Positions 23,399 to 31,304 of a stretch of DNA of 33,851 nt are shown one piece after another. The translations under genes were made by a program, and so were the position numbers. Below the pieces are notes generated by a model. The model saw only the letters and a list, made by a program, of their open reading frames with translations. It ran no database searches and had not been told where the DNA came from. Source of the stretch: a bacterium (GTDB lineage: Bacteria > Patescibacteriota > Dojkabacteria > SC72); NCBI GenBank assembly GCA_017958745.1, contig JAGDCC010000031.1, positions 1-33,851 of the forward strand. Reading direction: 5' to 3'. Each line of letters begins with the position of its first letter. Positions within the stretch are counted from its first letter, which is position 1.

Positions 23399-24679
23399 AT
23401 GTCAGTATTAATAGGATCCATACCAAACGACAAAAAAGATGATGTCAAACTAGCTAAGAAATTATCTAAAATTAATTTCTACAAAAAGAGTACATCGCTA
23501 GAAGAATTAGAAGCATACTTCTCAGAAATCTTTGAGGACAGATCTCTGTTTATGTTTAACAGAGGAAGAGATAGTCTTTATTTCTTATTAAAATCACTAA
23601 ACATAAAAAGAGAAGAAGAAGTTATCGTCCAAGCATTTACATGTGTAGCAACAGTATCTCCTATATTGTGGGTACATGCAAGACCTGTCTATGTAGATAT
23701 AGACAAAGAAACATATAACATGGATATTTCCAAGTTAAAGGAAGCAATTACGCCTAAAACAAGAGTAATTATTGTACAGCACACATTTGGAAATATAGCA
23801 GATGTATACAAAGTAAGAGAAATTGTAGATGAAATTAACAAAAAGAGAGAAGAGGATAAAAGAATATCTATAATAGAAGACTGTTGTCACTTATTCTATT
23901 TGACATCTCAAGAGTTGGAAGAGAAGTATGTAGGAATCTTTAGCGATGCATTCTTCTTTAGTTTTGCACAAGATAAAGCCATAAGCTGTACACAAGGAAG
24001 TGTATGTGTTGTAAATAACACAAAAATATTTGGAAAAAGAAAAACAGAATATGCAAATATACCGGAATTATCTAAGGAAGATGCTAAATATAATGCAAAA
24101 TATATTGTTACATGGAATAAGATTAGAAAGTGGTATTTTGTAAAAGTATTGCCATTTATTAAAAGTGATAAGTTTACAATTGGAAAATTTCTAATTCTTT
24201 ATTATAGAGAGAGAGGAGATATAAAGAAACAAGCGGATAATAATACAATTTACTACGATGGTATTCACAAACTAAGTTATATTCAGGCAAGCTTATTATT
24301 GCATCAGTTAGATAAATTGGAAGATCTTAACGAACACAGAATTGTTATTGAAAATATATACAACAAAGGTTTAAAAAAACAATTTCAATTCAAGAAAGAA
24401 AAAGGGAGTGTTTTACTCAGATATCCAATTATTGTAAAAAATATTGAAAAGATAAGAGAAGCTTTAAAGAAAAAGAAAATAATTGTTGGAAAATGGTATT
24501 CTACACCAATATTTCCTCTAGATTATGATGAATTAGAAAAAGTAAATTACAAAAAAGGACTGTGTCCTAATGCAGAAAGTTGTGGTAAAAAGATAATTAA
24601 TCTTCCATTAAGTATAGATACAACAGAGGAAGATGCTAAAAATATTGTGTCTATAATAAATAAATTTGCTAAACAATAA
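23399..24679 (+). CDS. DegT/DnrJ/EryC1/StrS family PLP-dependent aminotransferase
   Basis: VQAFTCVA, PVYVDI, IVQHTFG, IEDCCH, FSFAQDK (PLP Lys), C-terminal CPNAE....INLP. Confidence 0.88.
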   Translation: MSVLIGSIPNDKKDDVKLAKKLSKINFYKKSTSLEELEAYFSEIFEDRSLFMFNRGRDSLYFLLKSLNIKREEEVIVQAFTCVATVSPILWVHARPVYVDIDKETYNMDISKLKEAITPKTRVIIVQHTFGNIADVYKVREIVDEINKKREEDKRISIIEDCCHLFYLTSQELEEKYVGIFSDAFFFSFAQDKAISCTQGSVCVVNNTKIFGKRKTEYANIPELSKEDAKYNAKYIVTWNKIRKWYFVKVLPFIKSDKFTIGKFLILYYRERGDIKKQADNNTIYYDGIHKLSYIQASLLLHQLDKLEDLNEHRIVIENIYNKGLKKQFQFKKEKGSVLLRYPIIVKNIEKIREALKKKKIIVGKWYSTPIFPLDYDELEKVNYKKGLCPNAESCGKKIINLPLSIDTTEEDAKNIVSIINKFAKQ

Positions 24680-24680
24680 T

Positions 24681-25739
24681 ATGTCTTTAGAATTTAAAAC
24701 AATAGAAGATGATAGAGAGTGGGATAGTTTAGTTCAGTCTTTGCCAAAGTACTCTTTTCTAAATAGTAGCTGTAGATATAGATTTAATCTAGAAGTAGGT
24801 AGTAAATCTTACAGGTATGCTATTTATGATAAGGAAGCTTTCCTAGGAATAATTACTTTAACAATAGGGTATTCTAAGTTGTTTGGAAATTTCTTAGAGT
24901 GTAAACATTCTCCATTACTTTTTAAGTACGAATATTCTACACTAGAGGAAATTACAGAGTTTTGTAAGAATTTAGCAAAAGAGAATAATTGCTTTATGTT
25001 TAGATTTGCTCCATTGATACAGGAAAATGAAGATTTAGAGAAGTTTTATAATGAACATGAATTTAAGAAAGCACCTATACATAATGTAGATGCGCTTATT
25101 TCTCAGCATATGGATTTGACTTTGGATATTGCAGAATTAAGACACCAGCTTAGTAGTAGTAGAAAAAATAGATTAAATAAGTTGCTAAGAGATGAAACAG
25201 TATCTGTAAAGATATATAATGATAAAACTGCTTTTGATGATTTTAGAAAATTCCATGAAGAAACGGTTGCTCTTAAAGGTTATACAGATAAACCAACGGA
25301 TATCTTAATGAAAGAGCTATCTATGCAGGAAGAGCAGGGTATGTGTTATATGATTGTTGGTTGTATAGAAGATAAGCCAATTTCTATATGGCAAGCTACT
25401 GTTTATGGAAAAAATATGCATTTATACCAAGCATGTTCTAGTACGGAATATAGAGAAAAGAATCAAATAATGACAACACTTCTTTATTGGAAGACGGTTG
25501 AACTAGGGCAGAGTCTTCATTTAGAAACATTGGATTTGTTTGGTGGTGTAGTACCAAAGGGATGGGAACATAGTAGTCATCCATGGAGTGGAATTAGTGA
25601 TTTTAAGGAAAGTTTAGGAGGAGAAAAGATAACATATATGCATAGTAGAGATTATATGCTTAATAAACCTAAGTATTGGCTGTACTATTGGTATTCTTAC
25701 ATAAGAACTAGAAAGAAAGGATATACAATAGATTGGTAA
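24681..25739 (+). CDS. FemABX/MurM-like peptidoglycan peptidyltransferase (GNAT fold)
   Basis: WDSLV....YSFL.S, FRFAP, DLTLD..EL...L...R, LDLFG, GISDFKESLGG. ATG 24681 lies 1 nt after the upstream stop. Confidence 0.82.
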   Translation: MSLEFKTIEDDREWDSLVQSLPKYSFLNSSCRYRFNLEVGSKSYRYAIYDKEAFLGIITLTIGYSKLFGNFLECKHSPLLFKYEYSTLEEITEFCKNLAKENNCFMFRFAPLIQENEDLEKFYNEHEFKKAPIHNVDALISQHMDLTLDIAELRHQLSSSRKNRLNKLLRDETVSVKIYNDKTAFDDFRKFHEETVALKGYTDKPTDILMKELSMQEEQGMCYMIVGCIEDKPISIWQATVYGKNMHLYQACSSTEYREKNQIMTTLLYWKTVELGQSLHLETLDLFGGVVPKGWEHSSHPWSGISDFKESLGGEKITYMHSRDYMLNKPKYWLYYWYSYIRTRKKGYTIDW

Positions 25740-25754
25740 AATTACTATAAGGTG

Positions 25755-25783
25755 TTGCACACTCTCTTGTTTGGGTATATAAA
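25755..25783 (+). promoter_or_regulatory. Sigma70 promoter TTGCAC-17-TATAAA driving an intergenic transcript
   Basis: -35 at 25755-25760 and -10 at 25778-25783. Confidence 0.55.
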
Positions 25784-25789
25784 ATAATT

Positions 25790-25980
25790 ACCAAACTCAA
25801 TTTCATATTGGAAGGCGTGATAATTGGTTGGGGTCTTTATTATAGAAATATAATAGAAGGCAGTCTTCTAAGTTGTATGCTTCGGTATGCATCTTTGATA
25901 AATATTTTTAACCTTTATTGGTTAAGTATTTACTAAAATTTTTTAGAGGGGATTCATAATTAGTTTCCCCTCTTTTTTTT
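25790..25980 (+). ncRNA. Unidentified structured RNA (4 hairpins, putative pseudoknot, terminator)
   Basis: Hairpin 25798-25826. GAAA-capped hairpin 25833-25861. cUUCGg hairpin 25874-25891. Hairpin 25899-25932. Loop 25808-25816 is complementary to linker 25863-25871. The G-U pairs only work on the + strand. Confidence 0.65.
25945..25980 (+). terminator. Rho-independent terminator
   Basis: AGAGGGGA-13 nt-TCCCCTCT followed by a T run to 25980. Confidence 0.85.
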
Positions 25981-26013
25981 ATACATACATTATACAAATT
26001 CCCAATATATAGA

Positions 26014-26019
26014 TATAAT
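26014..26019 (+). promoter_or_regulatory. -10 box TATAAT 6 nt before the srtB ATG
   Basis: TATAAT-ctagtt-ATG. No SD. Confidence 0.55.
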
Positions 26020-26025
26020 CTAGTT

Positions 26026-26865
26026 ATGGAAAATATTAATGTTAAACAAAAGAAAGTAGATTTATTTGGTAAACTTTTATGGCTTGTGATTATTATATCT
26101 GCAGTTATTGTTGGGTATTGTGTTTATAGACTTGTTATAGAAGGAATATCTATGGTTGAAACAAATGGTTTGATTAAGGAATTTGATACGATCGTAGAAG
26201 TTAAAGAAGTCGTTGATTCTGATTCTGTAGAATTGGTAAACAAGGAAGAGAAAGCAATAGATAACGATTACTGGTATTACACATCTTTTCCTCTTATAGA
26301 TGTAGATTTCTCTAAATTGATGGAAAAGAATAAAGATACTGTTGCATGGATACAAGTAAAAGGTACAAATATCAACTATCCAGTAGTACAAGCTAGTGAT
26401 AATTCTTATTATCTTAACCATGCATATGATGGAAAGTACAATACCGGTGGCTGGTTGTTCATGGATTACAGAAACAATAGTTCTAGTTTAGAAGACAAAA
26501 ATACAATTATTTATGGACATGCAAGAATAGATGGAACAATGCTTGGTTCTTTGTCTAGAATTTTTTATTCTAGTTGGGTGAACAATAGAGATAACTATAT
26601 TGTCAGATTGTCTACACCTACACATAATACGATGTGGCAGGTATTTAGTGTTTACGAAACTCCTGTAGAGATGTATTACATTACAACAAAGTTTGCGAAT
26701 GATAACGATTATTCCGTATTCTTAGACACAATAAGGAGTAGAAGTAAGTATGATTTTAATACAGATGTTGATATTAATGACAAAGTTTTGACACTCTCTA
26801 CATGTAATGGAAATAACAAAAGAGTTGTATTACATGCTAAGTTGATAAAATCTGATAATAAATAA
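26026..26865 (+). CDS. srtB: Class B sortase
   Basis: N-terminal TM helix, N.DTVAWI.V.GT.INYPVVQ..DN.YYL, NTIIYGH, TLSTC and downstream Arg (catalytic His/Cys/Arg). Confidence 0.9.
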   Translation: MENINVKQKKVDLFGKLLWLVIIISAVIVGYCVYRLVIEGISMVETNGLIKEFDTIVEVKEVVDSDSVELVNKEEKAIDNDYWYYTSFPLIDVDFSKLMEKNKDTVAWIQVKGTNINYPVVQASDNSYYLNHAYDGKYNTGGWLFMDYRNNSSSLEDKNTIIYGHARIDGTMLGSLSRIFYSSWVNNRDNYIVRLSTPTHNTMWQVFSVYETPVEMYYITTKFANDNDYSVFLDTIRSRSKYDFNTDVDINDKVLTLSTCNGNNKRVVLHAKLIKSDNK

Positions 26866-26871
26866 TATAAT
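26842..26871 (+). promoter_or_regulatory. Sigma70 promoter TTGATA-18-TATAAT, 6 nt before the leuS ATG
   Basis: -35 at 26842-26847 (inside the srtB 3' end) and -10 at 26866-26871. Confidence 0.6.
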
Positions 26872-26877
26872 ACGCCT

Positions 26878-29271
26878 ATGTACGACCATAAAAAGATAGA
26901 AGAAAAATGGGAAAAATATTGGGATGATAACAAGACATTCTATACGGATGTACATGATTTCTCCAAGAAAAAGTATTATGTATTGGATATGTTTCCTTAT
27001 CCATCTGGGGAAGGATTGCATTTAGGGCATCCAGAGGGTTATACAGCAACAGATATTGTATCCAGAATGAAGAGAATGCAAGGATTTAATGTCTTACATC
27101 CAATGGGTTTCGATTCTTTTGGTCTTCCTGCAGAGCAATATGCAATTAAGACAGGAAATCATCCAAGTGGTTTTACACAGAAGAATATAGAAACATTTAC
27201 AAAACAGCTTAAAAAACTAGGCTTTTCTTTTGATTGGTCTAAAGTTATCTCTACATGTGAACCTAAGTATTATAAATGGACACAGTGGATATTTAAGCAA
27301 CTATATGATGCAGGATTGGCTGTGGAAAGAGAAATGTCTGTAAATTGGTGTGAGGAGTTAGGGACAGTATTGGCAAATGATGAAGTTATAGATGGAAAGA
27401 GTGAGAGGGGAGGATATCCAGTTGTACGTAAAACAATGAAGCAGTGGGTGATGAGAATACCAGAGTACGCAGAAAGATTGCTAGAGGGATTGGATTCTAT
27501 TGATTGGCCAGAATCTACTAAAGAAATACAAAAAAATTGGATTGGTAAAAGTATTGGCGCACAAGTAACATTTAAAGTTAAGGATACAGATAAATCCTTC
27601 GATGTCTTTACAACAAGATGTGATACATTGTTTGGAGCTACATATTGTGTTTTATCCCCAGAACATCCTTTGGTATTAGAAATTTCAACAGAAGATAAGC
27701 TAGAAGAAGTTAAGAATTATATAGAAGAGTGCTCCAAGAAATCTGATTTGGAAAGAACTGATTTGGCAAAAGAAAAGACTGGAGTATTTATTGGTGCTTA
27801 TGCTATTAATCCTATTAACAATACAGAAATACCAATTTATATCTCTGATTATGTTCTTGCTACATATGGAACAGGTGCAATTATGGCTGTTCCTGCTCAT
27901 GATGATAGAGATTATGAATTTGCTAAGAAGTTTAATATAGAAATAATACCTGTTATAGAAGGTGGAGATATAGATAAAGAAGCTTATACAGGAGATGGTG
28001 TGCATATTAACTCTGATTTCTTAAACGGTCTAAATAAGCAAGATGCAATAGATAAAGCTATCGCATGGTTAGAAGATAATAAGTGTGGAAAAGCTTCTGT
28101 TAGTTACAAGATTAGAGATTGGATATTTGCTAGACAGAGATACTGGGGAGAACCAATTCCAGTATTACATTTCGCGGATGGTTCTACATGTACTCTTGAT
28201 GATGATGAGTTACCTTTGGTGTTACCAGAGTTAGAGGATTATAAGCCAAATAAAGATGGAAGCTCTCCATTAAATAAGGCAGTAGAGTGGGTGAATGTAG
28301 AAAGAGATGGTAAACCAGCAAAGAGAGATACTCAAACAATGCCAGGAGCTGCAGGATCTAGCTGGTATTGGATTAGATATATTGATCCTGACAATGATAA
28401 AGAATTTGCAGATATGGAGTTGATGAAGCATTGGTTGCCTGTCGATTTATATCTCGGTGGACCAGAGCATGCAACAGGACATTTGCTTTATTCTAGATTC
28501 TGGAATAACTTCCTTTATGATAAAGGTTTTGTCCCTGTAAAAGAACCATTCCAAAAACTTGTACACCAAGGAATGATACTTGGTACTAATGGAGAAAAGA
28601 TGAGCAAATCTCGTGGTAATGTCATCAATCCAGACGATATTATAGAGAAATATGGAGCAGATTCTCTACGTATGTTTGAGATGTTCTTAGGTGCACTAGG
28701 AGATTCTAAGCCTTGGAACGATAAAGGTATTATGGGATGTGTAAAATTCTTGGATAGAGTATGGAGACTGTATCATACAGAAGGAAAGATAGTAGATAAG
28801 GAAAACAGTAATCTTGAAAGAGTTTATAACTTTACTGTAAAGAAAGTAACAGAAGATTATGAATCTCTAAACTTTAATACGGCAATTTCCCAAATGATGG
28901 TATTTATAAATGCTGTTTATAAAGAAGATGTATTTCCTAAAACTTATGCAGAAAACTTTGTTAAACTTTTGAATCCTGTTTGTCCTTTTATTACAGAAGA
29001 ATTGTGGAATACAGTGCTTGGTTATGATGGAACAATCTCTTATGAAGAATGGCCAACTTATGATGCTACAAAGCTTTTAGAGAATACAGTAGAGGTTGTT
29101 GTGCAGGTAAATGGTAAGGTTAGGGATAAGCTAAGTGTTGAGATAGATATGGATAAAGAAGTATTGGAGAAAATGGCTGTAGAGTCTGATAAGGTTAAAT
29201 CCTTTATTGGAGATAAGGAGATAAGAAAAGTTATAGTAATCCCAAATAAAATAGTGAATATTGTTATATAA
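26878..29271 (+). CDS. leuS: Leucine--tRNA ligase
   Basis: [15 protein letters not shown] (HIGH), FTTRCDT and [15 protein letters not shown] (CP1 editing), [23 protein letters not shown]. Confidence 0.97.
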   Translation: MYDHKKIEEKWEKYWDDNKTFYTDVHDFSKKKYYVLDMFPYPSGEGLHLGHPEGYTATDIVSRMKRMQGFNVLHPMGFDSFGLPAEQYAIKTGNHPSGFTQKNIETFTKQLKKLGFSFDWSKVISTCEPKYYKWTQWIFKQLYDAGLAVEREMSVNWCEELGTVLANDEVIDGKSERGGYPVVRKTMKQWVMRIPEYAERLLEGLDSIDWPESTKEIQKNWIGKSIGAQVTFKVKDTDKSFDVFTTRCDTLFGATYCVLSPEHPLVLEISTEDKLEEVKNYIEECSKKSDLERTDLAKEKTGVFIGAYAINPINNTEIPIYISDYVLATYGTGAIMAVPAHDDRDYEFAKKFNIEIIPVIEGGDIDKEAYTGDGVHINSDFLNGLNKQDAIDKAIAWLEDNKCGKASVSYKIRDWIFARQRYWGEPIPVLHFADGSTCTLDDDELPLVLPELEDYKPNKDGSSPLNKAVEWVNVERDGKPAKRDTQTMPGAAGSSWYWIRYIDPDNDKEFADMELMKHWLPVDLYLGGPEHATGHLLYSRFWNNFLYDKGFVPVKEPFQKLVHQGMILGTNGEKMSKSRGNVINPDDIIEKYGADSLRMFEMFLGALGDSKPWNDKGIMGCVKFLDRVWRLYHTEGKIVDKENSNLERVYNFTVKKVTEDYESLNFNTAISQMMVFINAVYKEDVFPKTYAENFVKLLNPVCPFITEELWNTVLGYDGTISYEEWPTYDATKLLENTVEVVVQVNGKVRDKLSVEIDMDKEVLEKMAVESDKVKSFIGDKEIRKVIVIPNKIVNIVI

Positions 29272-29283
29272 AAATAATAATAT

Positions 29284-29967
29284 ATGGCAAGTTCAGATTT
29301 TTTAAGACACAATATAAATCAGCACACAGTAAAAAATAATAAGTCCAAAACAATGGATAAAGATATTATACAAGCAACTAATGCAACGATAGCGTACCTA
29401 GAAGAAAAGTACCCTTCATTGAAATTTGAGTGGGTAAAGCAAATGAAATTGAAAGATATTGTTGCTATGTTGTCAAAACAATATCCAGAGTTGACTTATA
29501 TATTTGGAGAACCACAGGAGAGTAGTTTTATATCTCCTGATGGTGGGTTTCTCTTTGCAACAAACAAACAAGGGGAGAGAAGAATAGTTCTTGTTTCAGA
29601 AGTAAAAAGACAGGGAACAAATGATGCGAGACAGAAAGAAGGTTTAGGTATTCAGGCGAAAGGTACTGCTATAGAACGTTTAGGTAAGAATCTAATTGGT
29701 ATTCGAACAATATTCAAAAATGAAGGTTTTATTCCATTTATAACATTTGGATATGGATGGGATTTCAGAGAAGGATCTACTATTTTAGATCGTGTTTTAA
29801 CAATGAATGAATTTTTCCCGTTAAATAAGCAATTTGTTGTGAAAGATTATTTGCCTTTTGAACCGGTGACTATGATGTTTAGAGAGGAACCTTGGACTAT
29901 AGAAGAAATGACTGAACTTCTTATAGATGTCGCTGTGAAAGCTATTGAATATCGTTTTGTTGATTAG
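29284..29967 (+). CDS. EcoRI-family type II restriction endonuclease (possibly RAATTY-type)
   Basis: PDGG...VSEVKRQG (PD..ExK) and AKGTAIERLGKN, which aligns with EcoRI AAGNAIERSHKN. Also LDRV.TMN. Confidence 0.8.
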   Translation: MASSDFLRHNINQHTVKNNKSKTMDKDIIQATNATIAYLEEKYPSLKFEWVKQMKLKDIVAMLSKQYPELTYIFGEPQESSFISPDGGFLFATNKQGERRIVLVSEVKRQGTNDARQKEGLGIQAKGTAIERLGKNLIGIRTIFKNEGFIPFITFGYGWDFREGSTILDRVLTMNEFFPLNKQFVVKDYLPFEPVTMMFREEPWTIEEMTELLIDVAVKAIEYRFVD

Positions 29968-31127
29968 TTTTTCTTTATTAGCCAGAGCAACTCTTTGACT
30001 TTGTTATTTCTGCTACTAAGATTTCTTGATCCTCTGTAGGTATTATACTCTTGTTCAAACAGTTCCCATTTTCCATGTCTAGATACGATTTCTTGGAATT
30101 TCTCTATTGGTATAATTCCCTCGTTATTATATGAAATTAGAATATATTTTGCTTTAGTATCTCTTATTAAATCATCCATAGCTTGTTCTGCAGGAATTGT
30201 CTTATTGTAAGCTGAGCGTTGCCAATCTTTTGATATACCACTTACACCGTCCTGGATATCTATTGGTTTTCCACCATTGATAATGTTTAACATAAAGTAA
30301 TTCGAGCCATATGGGTGTTGGTTATATGGAGGGTCATAATAGGCTAAATCAACAGGTTCTAACTTATTGATTAAAGTATTTATGTCCTCGCAGTAAACGA
30401 TAGTTTCGTTCTCTATATCTGCAAAAATAGGTGTTTCTAGTATTATCTCTCCTTTTATTCTTGTTAATGCATTTTCACCAGCACCTCCGAAATGACCTAT
30501 ACCATCTTTTTTATGAAAACCCTTAAATACTCCTGAAGTGTTATTGTGAATAGAAGCTTTTATGATAAGTTGGGCGAGGCAATATAAGCGTAAATCTTCA
30601 TCAATATCGTGGTCTATCATGTATCTGATCTTATCTATTATTCGAGCATTCTTATTGGTATAGAAAACTCTTTCTCCCTGCTTGATATCGTTATCGTTTT
30701 TTGGTGCATAATTATTTGTAATGAAGTAGTCAGATTTTGTTTTTTTTAACTTATTTGCATTAAGATAATCAATAGCTTCGTTCAGCCTTTTTAAATCTAC
30801 TTCGGATTTATTTGTTAGATAAGCTGTGTTTACCGTCTTTGCATATTGCTCAAAATCGTTAGATATAAGTTTTGTTGTATGATATTTCAACAATCTTGCT
30901 ACTACACCACTTCCAGAAAATCCATCAAGTGCAGTTATCTTGTCTTTATTTAAACGTTTTTTGACTTCTAAGATACAGCTGTCTATAAATGGTAATAATT
31001 TCCTTTTATTTCCGAGATAAGTTATTAGATGAGAAATAAAGTACTGACTGTTAAAATCTGGAGATGTTCCTAACGCTGTGTCATCAAATAAGCATAATGT
31101 TTGGATATTTGCTTTATTTTTTGTCAT
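29964..31127 (-). CDS. N6-adenine DNA methyltransferase, alpha/D12 class (CtsM-like)
   Basis: ITYLGNKR.LL, DGFSGSG (motif I) preceding DPPYNQHPYGSNY (motif IV), ISYNNEG. Resembles my recollection of Campylobacter CtsM (RAATTY). Confidence 0.9.
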   Translation of the reverse strand: MTKNKANIQTLCLFDDTALGTSPDFNSQYFISHLITYLGNKRKLLPFIDSCILEVKKRLNKDKITALDGFSGSGVVARLLKYHTTKLISNDFEQYAKTVNTAYLTNKSEVDLKRLNEAIDYLNANKLKKTKSDYFITNNYAPKNDNDIKQGERVFYTNKNARIIDKIRYMIDHDIDEDLRLYCLAQLIIKASIHNNTSGVFKGFHKKDGIGHFGGAGENALTRIKGEIILETPIFADIENETIVYCEDINTLINKLEPVDLAYYDPPYNQHPYGSNYFMLNIINGGKPIDIQDGVSGISKDWQRSAYNKTIPAEQAMDDLIRDTKAKYILISYNNEGIIPIEKFQEIVSRHGKWELFEQEYNTYRGSRNLSSRNNKVKELLWLIKKN

Positions 31128-31170
31128 GTGATGTTGTATCTAAAACAAATAAACATGCTTTTGGATAAAA

Positions 31171-31260
31171 CGGAGAAGGAGGGATTCGAACCCTCGGCAG
31201 GCTTTAATGACCCGCGACTCGTTAGCAGTGAGTTCCTTTCGACCACTCAGGCACCTCTCC
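31171..31260 (-). tRNA. tRNA-Ser(GCT)
   Basis: Reverse complement is GGAGAGG TG CCTGAGTGGTCGAAAGG A ACTCA CTGCTAA CGAGT, long variable arm, GAGGG TTCGAAT CCCTC CTTCTCC G. G discriminator, CCA not encoded, upstream TATAAT at 31278-31273. Confidence 0.96.
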
Positions 31261-31304
31261 ATAACAGACCTTATTATATCTTAAATAATGATATTTTGAA
31301 ACAA

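Noticed and set aside
25759-25771. 13 nt match acactctcttgtt shared with ftsK (33811-33823)
   Set aside because: A 13-mer match is expected by chance in a 34 kb AT-rich window.
25800-25895. SRP RNA (GGAAGG loop) or tracrRNA/sgRNA-like scaffold (GAAA...AAGGC.AGTC)
   Set aside because: The SRP CAGG/AGCA internal loop is absent. There is no cas gene or CRISPR repeat in the window, and the AAGGC is used in the P2 stem.
25790-25980. T-box riboswitch for leuS
   Set aside because: No GGTGG(N)ACC T-box sequence or AG/GA-box stem I motifs, and srtB and leuS each have their own -10 box.
29272-31171. att-site duplication of the tRNA 3' end flanking the RM genes
   Set aside because: No copy of the tRNA 3' sequence is present at the leuS-REase junction.
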